64,000 nucleotides of DNA, from positions 224,001 to 288,000 of the IMG/VR virus record IMGVR_UViG_3300009031_000221, one strand, 5' to 3'. Origin of the DNA: a virus. Lineage: Duplodnaviria > Caudoviricetes. Shown here piece after piece: positions 48,003 through 57,129 of the stretch; the first letter of the stretch is position 1; every line of letters begins with the position of its first letter. Made by a program: the position numbers and the translations under genes. The notes under the pieces were generated by a model. It searched no databases. It saw nothing but the letters and a program-made list of their open reading frames with translations, and was not told the DNA's origin.

Positions 48003-49493
48003 TTATCCCAGGTTGGCCTGGATTTGGTCCTCAATGGCCTGTGTCATCGGGGAGAGGGATGTAATGATGTTGCGGGGTTCATCGAAGTCGTAGCAACTGA
48101 TGGGGTGGTAATTCTCCACGGTCTCGCCTTCCTGAGCGATGAGGTGAATCAAGTCCCCGCCGAAGCCATAGATCTCCAGGATGACCGGTTTGCCGGTGAT
48201 GCTCTTCTTACCCTTCGATCCCGAGAACTTCTGCTTGGGATCCCCCGCCGACATCGCCAACTTGTACGCCGCCGAAGCCACGTCCCGGTTGTAAGGGGTC
48301 AAAGCCGGTTGCGACGTGAAGAATCCACCGTAGCCGTACAACCGCTTCTCCCGAGGCCAACCGTGGGAATCGCAGAAGGCTTCGTTCTTGGCGGTCTTTT
48401 CCGCATTGTAGCTATCCTCGAAGGGCAGCATGGGGTAGATACCCAGCTTGTCGCAGCCCTCTTTGATCAGCAAGAACTGTTGATCCTGATCCCCCGAATC
48501 GAATCGCATCGAACATGGACGATCCGGGTCTTCCGCCATGACTTCCAGGGCAGCGGGGATACCCTTGTTCATGGGGTCGGTTGTATCGAACAGGTAGGAT
48601 GGAGGCTCCGGCCGCATGTCACGGATAGCACGGTAGCCATGACGGTCATCCGCATTCTTGCCCCCCCACCGCATTTGGTGCTCATGCCCCGTCGTACCGA
48701 CCGGAATCATGTACAACTTCCATGCTCCGAAGACGTTGGAAGTCTTGCGAATGCCGAGGTTCTCGCACAACTGCAACACCATCAGGTGCTGCTGCATGCA
48801 GGTTGCCGCCCGAAGGCCAACCTCAAATGCCCGATGTGCGTCACCCTTCAGAGCAGCGATGACCGCCTGAATGTTGGTCTTCACACGGGCAAGGTATCCT
48901 TCCGTATCCATGGTGATATGGATCTCGATATCCCGACCCAGCATAGCGGCGACCGCATCGCGAGAGGCCAGAACGATATCCGCTTCATCTTGGCAAGTTA
49001 CCGTGAATTCGGTTTCCCCCTTCTTGATTGCCGTGGCAATCTGGATGGGGTACTGCAGCATGATCATCTTGTCTTCCAACCAGGACACCAAGAAGGATGC
49101 GCCACGGTTGGTCAGGACGGGTTCGCCCTTGCCAATCCATGCACCCTTGGGCGGGCACACGACATGAACAGGGCGCTGCAATGCCATATCCATTGCCGTG
49201 GTCATGGGGTAGCCATTCGCCGTCAGGAACCCCGCCTCTTTGGTGGATGGCAGGGACGGAAGCATGAACTGCACGATGGCATTCAGGTCGAAGGGATTGT
49301 AGAACGGCCCGCCCCTACGGAAGCAAAGGGCGAAGATTTCCTCCCGGAGCGGGAACCCTGCCTGTGCCATGGCAAGCTTGTAGGCATCCACCATCAAGGC
49401 AGACGCCTTCTCCTGGCCTAGGATTGCTTTGGCGATTCGATATTCGATGGACTCCACTCCGCACCTCCTGGTATGTGTGTATACAGGACACAC
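48003..49493 (-). CDS. pncB: Nicotinate phosphoribosyltransferase-like protein
   Basis: DAYK, FEVGLRAA, TSN, GTTGHE, LFDT, RFDSGD, YGYGG, YKL. Confidence 0.85.
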   Translation of the reverse strand: MCPVYTHTRRCGVESIEYRIAKAILGQEKASALMVDAYKLAMAQAGFPLREEIFALCFRRGGPFYNPFDLNAIVQFMLPSLPSTKEAGFLTANGYPMTTAMDMALQRPVHVVCPPKGAWIGKGEPVLTNRGASFLVSWLEDKMIMLQYPIQIATAIKKGETEFTVTCQDEADIVLASRDAVAAMLGRDIEIHITMDTEGYLARVKTNIQAVIAALKGDAHRAFEVGLRAATCMQQHLMVLQLCENLGIRKTSNVFGAWKLYMIPVGTTGHEHQMRWGGKNADDRHGYRAIRDMRPEPPSYLFDTTDPMNKGIPAALEVMAEDPDRPCSMRFDSGDQDQQFLLIKEGCDKLGIYPMLPFEDSYNAEKTAKNEAFCDSHGWPREKRLYGYGGFFTSQPALTPYNRDVASAAYKLAMSAGDPKQKFSGSKGKKSITGKPVILEIYGFGGDLIHLIAQEGETVENYHPISCYDFDEPRNIITSLSPMTQAIEDQIQANLG

Positions 49494-49535
49494 TGTATCG
49501 TGTCAAGCGGACACACCAACAAATCATCCTAGGAC

Positions 49536-49564
49536 ATCTACGCAGACGGTGTGAAAAGTAAGTG
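49536..49564 (-). promoter_or_regulatory. Promoter motif copy 21 (leftward of a divergent pair)
   Basis: CTTAC-N15-CGTAG. Confidence 0.75.
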
Positions 49565-49575
49565 TGGCCTTGTCA

Positions 49576-49604
49576 GGCTTACTATTCGAAAGTTCAGCGT
49601 AGAT
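49576..49604 (+). promoter_or_regulatory. Promoter motif copy 22 (rightward of a divergent pair)
   Basis: GGCTTAC-TATTCGAAAGTTCAG-CGTAGAT. Confidence 0.75.
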
Positions 49605-49639
49605 GATATGTGGCACGGATGATGCCGAGGAGACGGACG

Positions 49640-50560
49640 ATGGCAACGAAAACATTCGAGAAGCGTGACCATTACGCAACGGTCACGGATCAGATCGTGG
49701 CAGCCCTGGAAAAGGGTGTGGCGCCGTGGGTGTGCCCGTGGGACAAATCGCAAGGGATGCCGCACAATGGCTCCAATGGCCATCAGTACCAGGGCATCAA
49801 CGTGTGGCTGTGCTGGGCATCTGGTTTTGCCGATGCCCGCTGGTATACGTTCAACCAAGTTCGCGAGTTCGGCGAGTCATGCGTCCGCAAGGGCGAGAAG
49901 GGCACGCACATCGTCAAGTGGCTGTTCCTGGACAAGGACGAGACGAATGCGGATGGCAATGCCGTCAAGCGGCACATCCCCATGCTCCGCACCTTCGTGA
50001 TCTTCAATCACGCCCAAATCGATTGGGAGGCGGGCAAGGAGCCCAAGCTGCCGGAAGCAAAGCTGGAATTCGACCCGGCTACGGTGTGTGCGGGTGCCGC
50101 ATCGCTGTTGGGGAAATCGGGTGCCAAGGTTGAGCATGGCGGGGCACGGGCTTACTACAGCCCGAGTCAGGACAGCATCACCTTGCCGGTGACTTCGACC
50201 TTCAATACGCCGGAAGGCTATTGGGCAACTATGCTGCATGAGTTGACTCATTGGACGGGTCACGAAAGCCGTTGTGATCGCAACCTGTCTGGCCGGTTTG
50301 GCAGCCACATGTATGCCGCTGAGGAACTCGTGGCGGAAATGGGTTCGGCGTTCCTGTGTGCAGAACTGAAGATTCAGGGCGGGTTGCAACACCCCGAGTA
50401 CATCGCTTCCTGGATCAAGTGCCTCCAGGGTGACAAGTACGCCATCTTCACGGCGGCTCGCCTGGCAAAGGAAGCGGCGGAGTTCCTCAAGGGCGCCAAT
50501 GCCGAGGATGATACGGCGGAACCGGAAGCAGGCGTTACGGAAATGGACCAAGTCGCCTAA
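49640..50560 (+). CDS. ardC: ArdC-like anti-restriction protein (ssDNA binding plus zincin)
   Basis: YQGIN, W.TFNQ, VRKGEKG, HELTHWTGH, YAAEELVAE. Confidence 0.92.
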   Translation: MATKTFEKRDHYATVTDQIVAALEKGVAPWVCPWDKSQGMPHNGSNGHQYQGINVWLCWASGFADARWYTFNQVREFGESCVRKGEKGTHIVKWLFLDKDETNADGNAVKRHIPMLRTFVIFNHAQIDWEAGKEPKLPEAKLEFDPATVCAGAASLLGKSGAKVEHGGARAYYSPSQDSITLPVTSTFNTPEGYWATMLHELTHWTGHESRCDRNLSGRFGSHMYAAEELVAEMGSAFLCAELKIQGGLQHPEYIASWIKCLQGDKYAIFTAARLAKEAAEFLKGANAEDDTAEPEAGVTEMDQVA

Positions 50561-50564
50561 TAGA

Positions 50565-50593
50565 GACTTACTTTCCCCTGCGACAGCGTAGAT
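50565..50593 (+). promoter_or_regulatory. Promoter motif copy 23
   Basis: CTTAC-N15-CGTAG. Confidence 0.75.
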
Positions 50594-50629
50594 GATACGT
50601 GCCCCGCATGGGGTTAATGAAGGTCGCAG

Positions 50630-50899
50630 ATGAGCAACATTGGATGGCCCGCAGCACGCGAACCGAACAATCCCGCACACGTATTCTACATGTACGGAAT
50701 TGCGGGCAACCCTAACGGCGAATGGGAACTTGTTGAGAACAAGCGGGAATGGACGGCAAACGGAAGCCGCAGCCTGTCCGATCGCTTCATGGGCACAGTC
50801 TACGGCAATGGCAAGAAAGGCTGGCAGAAGGCCAATGCCGCCCTGTCAACGATGAACAAGGACATCAAGCGTCCTGCTACTTGTCCTGCGGATCACTGA
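50630..50899 (+). CDS. Hypothetical protein, 89 aa
   Basis: RBS AAGG. Confidence 0.6.
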   Translation: MSNIGWPAAREPNNPAHVFYMYGIAGNPNGEWELVENKREWTANGSRSLSDRFMGTVYGNGKKGWQKANAALSTMNKDIKRPATCPADH

Positions 50900-50929
50900 T
50901 CCGTGAACAAATGTAAATAGAGGTCAATC

Positions 50930-51502
50930 ATGCGTGGATCATCCGCACACATTTCGTTGCGTCAGCACCGCAACAACGCGCCCAATCTCCTATTGCCCGA
51001 ATTTCAGCGGGGCATCGTGTGGACTGCCGAACAGGTCATGTCCCTGATCGATTCCGCCGAACGGGGCTACCCCTTGGGGCAGTTGCTTGTGTGGGAGGTC
51101 TACGAGGGTTCTATCCGCCGGCAGTACGTACTGGACGGTCAGCAACGCCTGACCGCTCTGACGGGTCGCAAGGTCGGGGAAACCCAGGCAACTTGGGACG
51201 TGTGGTTTGACATGGATGCCAAGGGTTGGGTGCTGGGCAAGCCGAAGCGGGGTTTCCCGCTGTGGCCTATGGACAACCCCATGGATGATTTGCACGTCAT
51301 GGAGGAGGCCGGGATATTCACCGATCCCTATGGGAAGCAAGCGTGCCAACGTCGGGATGACCTGAACTACTGCACCAACTTCCCGGCCTTTGTGGTCGAA
51401 GGTGGGACGACCCAGGATGTGTTGGAAATGTTCCTGCGGATCAATACGGGCGGAACTCCTTTGGATCCCAAGTTGGTTCAGTGGCTGAAGGAAAAGAAGT
51501 AG
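50930..51502 (+). CDS. Stand-alone DUF262 (ParB-like, GmrS N-terminal) domain
   Basis: PEFQR..VW, GYPLG, VLDGQQRLT, FLRINTGG.PL. Confidence 0.9.
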   Translation: MRGSSAHISLRQHRNNAPNLLLPEFQRGIVWTAEQVMSLIDSAERGYPLGQLLVWEVYEGSIRRQYVLDGQQRLTALTGRKVGETQATWDVWFDMDAKGWVLGKPKRGFPLWPMDNPMDDLHVMEEAGIFTDPYGKQACQRRDDLNYCTNFPAFVVEGGTTQDVLEMFLRINTGGTPLDPKLVQWLKEKK

Positions 51503-51530
51503 ACTTACTTCCCCGTTTAGCAGCGTAGCT
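51502..51530 (+). promoter_or_regulatory. Promoter motif copy 24
   Basis: CTTAC-N15-CGTAG. Confidence 0.75.
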
Positions 51531-51568
51531 ATGATGCGGGCACGGACGATGCCCTAAAGGAATCAACG

Positions 51569-51865
51569 ATGGGAAGGCATAACAACACCGGACTTCATCA
51601 ACTGCGGGTGGCATTCCCCAAGGAAGCCGGTTGGGTGGTGCGAGGCATCGGCAGCCAAGCTGCGGAAGTGTGGCACCCTTTGGATTACGTCGGCCTGATC
51701 AGTCAGGACAAGACGACGGGCAAGTGGGCGTGTACGCACAATGCTTGCATGAACGATGGGGATGAGCGCTTCCGCTTCGATTCCCCCAAGGCTGCGGCGT
51801 ATGGCTACTACAGCCGCTTCCCGGACATCGCCAAGCCCGGAACGTTGGCGGCGCTTCAATCATGA
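51569..51865 (+). CDS. Hypothetical protein, 98 aa
   Basis: RBS AAGGA. Confidence 0.6.
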   Translation: MGRHNNTGLHQLRVAFPKEAGWVVRGIGSQAAEVWHPLDYVGLISQDKTTGKWACTHNACMNDGDERFRFDSPKAAAYGYYSRFPDIAKPGTLAALQS

Positions 51866-52134
51866 GCATCTTCCGCCGTCTATGGCCTAGGCCAGATCCA
51901 GGCCCATTCACTCGGCCTCCCTTGGTAGATCGGGTAACTCGCTTGGATACTGCCTTGGCGAAAATCGCGGAGGAGGAATTCCACGGGAAGGTGAAGCAAG
52001 TTTACTTCGGGCATCCCATGTTGGGCGTACAAAGCCGGATCCTATTCGGATTCAATGGTGAATGGCTGGCGGAACTCCGGGAAGATACGGATGGTTCATT
52101 TTTCCGAGTTCGGTTGGAATCACACGAAGGATAA
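51862..52134 (+). CDS. Hypothetical protein, 90 aa
   Basis: ATGA coupling. Confidence 0.6.
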   Translation: MSIFRRLWPRPDPGPFTRPPLVDRVTRLDTALAKIAEEEFHGKVKQVYFGHPMLGVQSRILFGFNGEWLAELREDTDGSFFRVRLESHEG

Positions 52135-52137
52135 TCT

Positions 52138-53157
52138 ATGCGAACTGCTTCTGCTGTAGCTGTCATCGTTCAAGATGAAAAGGTACTTCTCCTCGAGCGT
52201 GCCCCAGGAGATTACGCATTCCCAGGTTGGTGTCTGCCAGGTGGTCACATCGAATCTGGAGAAACCCCCGAGGAGGCATGCCTCCGGGAACTCGGGGAAG
52301 AGACGGGACTGACGGGCAAAATCATTGGCACGTTGCCGGATCGGTTGGCGCATTCCAAGAATGGATCCTATGACATCAAGGTGTTCCGCGTCGAACTGGA
52401 TGACCCCAAAGCAAAGGTCGTTCTGTCGCATGAACATTCCCGGTACCAGTGGCTGGAATTCGTGGATGCGTTGACGAATTGGCAACTAGCCGGGAACGCA
52501 ACGCGATCCATTGTCACGGAACTGCGGATCCCTCGCCATGTTCTCTACTGGCCTTTGCTGGGATATCAGCCCATGTTCCCGGATGAGATCGGCATGTTCG
52601 GGGTTGAACGTCGACATGAACATCATTCCGGCATTGACCTTTACTGTGAACTGGGCACAAAGATCATCGCCGTCGAAGATGGGGAGGTCATCGCCATCGA
52701 ACATTTCACGGGACCTTTGTCTACTCCCACTTCCCCTTGGTGGAATCCGACGCAAGCCGTCCTTGTCAAGGGCAAGAATGGTGTGGCGGTCTATGGGGAA
52801 ATCACTGCCCTGGTAGAAGTCGGGCAGAAGGTTCGCGGGGGTGAGGTCATCGGCATCGTGAACAAACCCGTACTGCGTCACTTCAAGGGACGCCCCACGG
52901 TGATGATGCACTTTGAGTGGCTGGAAATCTGGGCAACCAAGTCCGAAACGTGGCCCTTGAACGAACTGTGCCCGGATACGCTCCTGAGCCCTGGGATGAT
53001 CTTGTGCCTTGCGGCAGGTTGCGTGGCGCCTTCAAAGTTCGATTTGTCCAAGTATGACGGCAAGAAGTTCAACGATCCCACGTCCCTTCACAAGGCTAGC
53101 CCTTGGTGGGCCGTTTGGGGTGGAGCACCTGACTTACTTCTAATGCTTGATGCGTAG
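52138..53157 (+). CDS. Nudix hydrolase fused to an M23 peptidase-like domain
   Basis: Nudix box GGHIESGETPEEACLRELGEETGL; HSGIDL...AVEDGEV...MHFE. Confidence 0.85.
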   Translation: MRTASAVAVIVQDEKVLLLERAPGDYAFPGWCLPGGHIESGETPEEACLRELGEETGLTGKIIGTLPDRLAHSKNGSYDIKVFRVELDDPKAKVVLSHEHSRYQWLEFVDALTNWQLAGNATRSIVTELRIPRHVLYWPLLGYQPMFPDEIGMFGVERRHEHHSGIDLYCELGTKIIAVEDGEVIAIEHFTGPLSTPTSPWWNPTQAVLVKGKNGVAVYGEITALVEVGQKVRGGEVIGIVNKPVLRHFKGRPTVMMHFEWLEIWATKSETWPLNELCPDTLLSPGMILCLAAGCVAPSKFDLSKYDGKKFNDPTSLHKASPWWAVWGGAPDLLLMLDA

Positions 53158-53158
53158 C
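53130..53158 (+). promoter_or_regulatory. Promoter motif copy 25
   Basis: CTTAC-N15-CGTAG. Confidence 0.75.
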
Positions 53159-53211
53159 TAGCCTGACTCCCATCATCAACCGGGTAGAAGTACCTGGAGG
53201 ACAATATACAC

Positions 53212-55704
53212 ATGGCAAATTACATTCACGTCAATTCCCCATCGTACACGCAACGGGGGAATGATCGGCACGCTCACAATACGAAGAGCGAGAATATCCA
53301 TCTGTTCCTGAAGGAACACTACCCGGACGTGAATCGGCAAGGTGGCGTTGTGTATACCGGAAAGGCACAGTTGCCGAAAGTGGATCTGTCTGAGGATTAC
53401 GCCTACGCTGTTTTTGATGGGACTGTGGATTGCCATCTTTTCGGCGAACATATCTTCATTGGCGCATGGGATACCTATCTCCGTGAGGAAGGCCCGTTGG
53501 ACAAGAAGGGTCGTCCGACCTTTCTCCCTCAGCCCCGTTATGAACGGGTGGATACGGTTCCTGTTACGATTGAAGTGATTGGTGAAGCCTTCACGAAAGA
53601 AATCCTGCATGAGGAATGGAATGAAGTGAACCGGAAGTGGGTGCAAAGTACTTCCCTGCATACCTATAACCTGACGGACGATGAAGGAAATGCCACGATC
53701 CAGGTGCCAATGGCATATCTGAACCTGCGCTTCTCGGCTGCGGCTGCGGAATCGCAGGATGGGACGTTTGCTTTCTGTCAGCCTTGGAGCGGCGTTGCCG
53801 TGTTGGATCCTGATGGAGGCCCCGAAGTCACGGTCACATCGAATTTCTACGGGATGACGCGGACTTGGAAGGAGTCATTGCTGTTCAAGGTGGTAATAAC
53901 TCGGACGCTACGTCCGACCTCACCGTACAGTTACTATGGGAACAATCCAAGCTACTACGATTTGAAGTCAGTCCATGATCCCATGCCTTCTATGCAACGG
54001 CACCTGAAGAAGAGCATCCTTACGGATGGCAAGGATGCATGGTGGGATCGGTTCTTCAAGATCAATCCCGATCTCGCCAATCTGGCAGTGGATCCTGACA
54101 AGGGACTTGCAGCGATTTTCAAGAAGAAGGACATCAAGGCAAATATGGAACGCCTTGCCGCAGATGACCCTACGGGGTTCGCATTCTTCCAGTGGCTCCG
54201 TGACGGGCGTACCAAGGAAAAGCGGTGCAACAACAACCTGTTGGTTGCGATGCTGAACACGGTCGGTACGGATTTCGACAAGCTGAAGGCGGCTCTTCGT
54301 GATGCACGCAACGAGGCATTCACGGAAGATGGGATCGATGGTGTGTCATCGTATAGGGCTTCGGAGAATTGGCAGGCGGACAAGTCAAACAGCCAGGATT
54401 TCTGGTTTGGCACCCGCCGGCGGATTTGCTTGTCCTTGCCTGGTTCCAAGGAACGGAATGACGATCTTGCCGCAAAGGCGGATTGGTCCAAGCAGAAGGA
54501 TTTGGGCAAGCAGGCGGATGGTCTTGGCGTTGATGAGGGCAAGTTCCCGCTTCTCCGCAAGGCAATCGTGGAGGGCAAGATCCCCACGGCGATCTTCCGG
54601 CAGCCCAACATGTCCCCTGTCAACATGGAGTTCCCCATCTGGGAGAAGTCCTTGGCACGTCCTGGATGGGACAAAGTGATCTATGAAATCACTGCTGACG
54701 CAGGTCGGCGTGGTACGTACGATCGCGATGTCACGCCTTACTTGGCGTTCCTGTTCCGCATTGAAAAGTACCTGGATCGCCACGCTCCCGGTTCCAACAA
54801 GAAGAGTTGGAAGGCGATGCCTACGTATGTTGAGTCGCAGTGGGCTCTTGAGATGGATGATGATGCCGGTACCGGCACCATCAAGCGCCGGTCGGCATTC
54901 ACCCCTGTTGCGGATAATGACACCCTCGTTATCACGGTGCCTTACGTTGCCGTGTGCGTTTCGGGTGTGCGTACGCAGTGGTGCTATTCTCAGTACTACC
55001 ACGTCTTCGAGGAAGGCATGACCGACCCGGAGAGCGGCGGCATTGTGGTCAATGATTATGAGGAGAAGCTGAACGGGCGGGATGACTACGGTCTGTGCTA
55101 CTACACCTTGACGGGAACGGATACCGCACGGGGTTATCCGACCCTCCTCATCATCTTCGAGCGGTTGCGTAGCCATGTCGAGATCCAGCCGCAAGCTGGG
55201 ACCAAGAAGGTCCCGGGTCTTGTGGGCTATGGTATCCAGGAGAAGACCCGCGTTCACTTCCACCGGGTTCGTCCGTGTCGTTCCAAGGATGGCATCATCA
55301 CCCCGGCATGCAAGTTGGTGGAGGCGTGCTATCAGTTCATGGCTGGCAACGTTCCCGCAACGGATATCGCTGCACAGCAGGGTGACCTCATGTTCATCCA
55401 ATGCACCAATGATCCCATCAAGGCGGGGGCAAAGGTTGCGGCGGAAGTTCAGGAAGGTCGGGCACTGGAATTCGAGTCCCACAAGTTCCTGCCCTTGGGC
55501 GAGAACGGCTTCATGAGGCTCTACGAAAGCGAGGCCAAGCAGCCTGCCAATCGGTTGGGATTTTTGTGGGCGCCGAATGGCTTGAAGGTTGAACACCCGG
55601 AGCATGAGAACATCCCCGCCTTGGCGGAAGGGTGGTGGGAAATCCGCCGGGCTAAGTCATGGGAAGCAAACCCGAAGGCCATTTGGAGCCGCACGATCGA
55701 TTAA
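53212..55704 (+). CDS. Large hypothetical protein, 830 aa
   Basis: RBS GGAGG; C-terminal QGD...H...HPEH..L..G.WEIRR module. Confidence 0.85.
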   Translation: MANYIHVNSPSYTQRGNDRHAHNTKSENIHLFLKEHYPDVNRQGGVVYTGKAQLPKVDLSEDYAYAVFDGTVDCHLFGEHIFIGAWDTYLREEGPLDKKGRPTFLPQPRYERVDTVPVTIEVIGEAFTKEILHEEWNEVNRKWVQSTSLHTYNLTDDEGNATIQVPMAYLNLRFSAAAAESQDGTFAFCQPWSGVAVLDPDGGPEVTVTSNFYGMTRTWKESLLFKVVITRTLRPTSPYSYYGNNPSYYDLKSVHDPMPSMQRHLKKSILTDGKDAWWDRFFKINPDLANLAVDPDKGLAAIFKKKDIKANMERLAADDPTGFAFFQWLRDGRTKEKRCNNNLLVAMLNTVGTDFDKLKAALRDARNEAFTEDGIDGVSSYRASENWQADKSNSQDFWFGTRRRICLSLPGSKERNDDLAAKADWSKQKDLGKQADGLGVDEGKFPLLRKAIVEGKIPTAIFRQPNMSPVNMEFPIWEKSLARPGWDKVIYEITADAGRRGTYDRDVTPYLAFLFRIEKYLDRHAPGSNKKSWKAMPTYVESQWALEMDDDAGTGTIKRRSAFTPVADNDTLVITVPYVAVCVSGVRTQWCYSQYYHVFEEGMTDPESGGIVVNDYEEKLNGRDDYGLCYYTLTGTDTARGYPTLLIIFERLRSHVEIQPQAGTKKVPGLVGYGIQEKTRVHFHRVRPCRSKDGIITPACKLVEACYQFMAGNVPATDIAAQQGDLMFIQCTNDPIKAGAKVAAEVQEGRALEFESHKFLPLGENGFMRLYESEAKQPANRLGFLWAPNGLKVEHPEHENIPALAEGWWEIRRAKSWEANPKAIWSRTID

Positions 55705-55746
55705 CAAACCCCAGGCCAGGGTAACAACAGGCCAATAAAGGAAGCA

Positions 55747-56388
55747 ATGGACGCGAATCGTACTTTCATCAGTGTTGTTCTTGACCGCTCCGGTTCTATG
55801 GCATCTACGCAAAAGGACACCATCGGAGGTTTCAACACCTTCGTGGCTGCACAAAAGGCTGTGCCGGGCAAGGCGGATCTGTTCCTCGTTCTGTTCGATC
55901 ATGAATACAACATTCTGTACGACATGGTTCCGTTGGATCAAGTCGAGGATCTCACGGTGGCAACCTATGTGCCTCGTGGAGGCACCGCCCTCTTGGACGC
56001 CATTGGTCGTACCCTGATGGATTTGCGTGCTAGGATTGCGGCGCTTCCGGAGGATGAACGCCCGGGCAAGGTCATCGTTGCCATCATCACGGATGGCGAA
56101 GAGAATTCGTCCAAGGAATTTAACCATCCTCAGGTTCTGGCCATGCTCAATGCATGCCAGCAGGCGCCTGATTCCTGGGAGGTTGTGTACTTCGGCGCCA
56201 ATCAGGATGCGATTCAGGTCGGGGCTTCCTACGGGGTGAAGGCTGCAAATGCCGTCCACTACGTAGCGGATGCGGAGGGGACTCAGCGTTCCTACGGGGA
56301 TCTGTCCTTGCGGGTTACCCGGTCACGGACTTGCATGTTCCCTGACGGCATTGGCGGCAGTGACAAAAAGGAAGAAGGAACCTTCTAG
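55747..56388 (+). CDS. vWA domain protein
   Basis: VLDRSGSM, TALLDA, ITDGEEN. Confidence 0.92.
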   Translation: MDANRTFISVVLDRSGSMASTQKDTIGGFNTFVAAQKAVPGKADLFLVLFDHEYNILYDMVPLDQVEDLTVATYVPRGGTALLDAIGRTLMDLRARIAALPEDERPGKVIVAIITDGEENSSKEFNHPQVLAMLNACQQAPDSWEVVYFGANQDAIQVGASYGVKAANAVHYVADAEGTQRSYGDLSLRVTRSRTCMFPDGIGGSDKKEEGTF

Positions 56389-56397
56389 GAGTACCCC

Positions 56398-57129
56398 ATG
56401 TCATCGATCATCATTGGTAAATTCGGGCCTTCTGCCTGTCAAATCCTGGAAGCCGCTATTGCGGTGGCTTCTCGTCCAGACACCAAGTTGGTTGTCAAGT
56501 CCATGCCTGAAGGTTCCACCGTATTGGGCGGGGCTGAATGGGGCGGTCGGCGCAAGAAGGACTACGAGCGTGGTCTTGGCTACCTGCATGAGTTGTCCGA
56601 ACGGATGAACCTGAAGAATCAGGTATTCCTGGGTGGTGCGTGTGGTGTGCCTTGGCGTGAAGATGCCATCAAGGAATTGGATGCCCGGGGTTGTAGTTAT
56701 TACAACCCTGAGGTTGCCGACTGGGATATCCAGGATGCGGCCTTGAAGGCGAACGGATTGAAGGGCGGCATTATGGAACTGGAGGCGATTCACAAGACGT
56801 CATCCTATGTCCTGCTGTTCGTCTTCGATCCCGGTACCCGTGCCCTTGCCACCTTGAACGAGTGCGTCGAGTTCATGATGGCGGGGAAGCAAAAGATGGT
56901 CATCGTTGAGGCCTACGTAGCGCCTGGAACGATTATCGGTGGTCAACTCGTGACCCTTGAGGAAGCCACTGACATCAACGAGGCCCGGGAGCGGTTGTTT
57001 GCCTTGGCGGACAATCATGGCATTGCCGTCCTGTCAACGGTGGCAGACGCAATCAATGAATGCGTCGATTTGCTTCAGGAAATGGCCGAAGATGTCGAGA
57101 TTGAAGAAGCAGAGGATGTTGCAGCATGA
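56398..57129 (+). CDS. Nucleoside 2-deoxyribosyltransferase-like protein
   Basis: VFLGGACG..WRE, YYNP.V.DW, TLNE. Confidence 0.75.
   Translation: MSSIIIGKFGPSACQILEAAIAVASRPDTKLVVKSMPEGSTVLGGAEWGGRRKKDYERGLGYLHELSERMNLKNQVFLGGACGVPWREDAIKELDARGCSYYNPEVADWDIQDAALKANGLKGGIMELEAIHKTSSYVLLFVFDPGTRALATLNECVEFMMAGKQKMVIVEAYVAPGTIIGGQLVTLEEATDINEARERLFALADNHGIAVLSTVADAINECVDLLQEMAEDVEIEEAEDVAA

Noticed and set aside
47598-49421. 607-aa plus-strand ORF
   Set aside because: Antisense shadow of prs and pncB.
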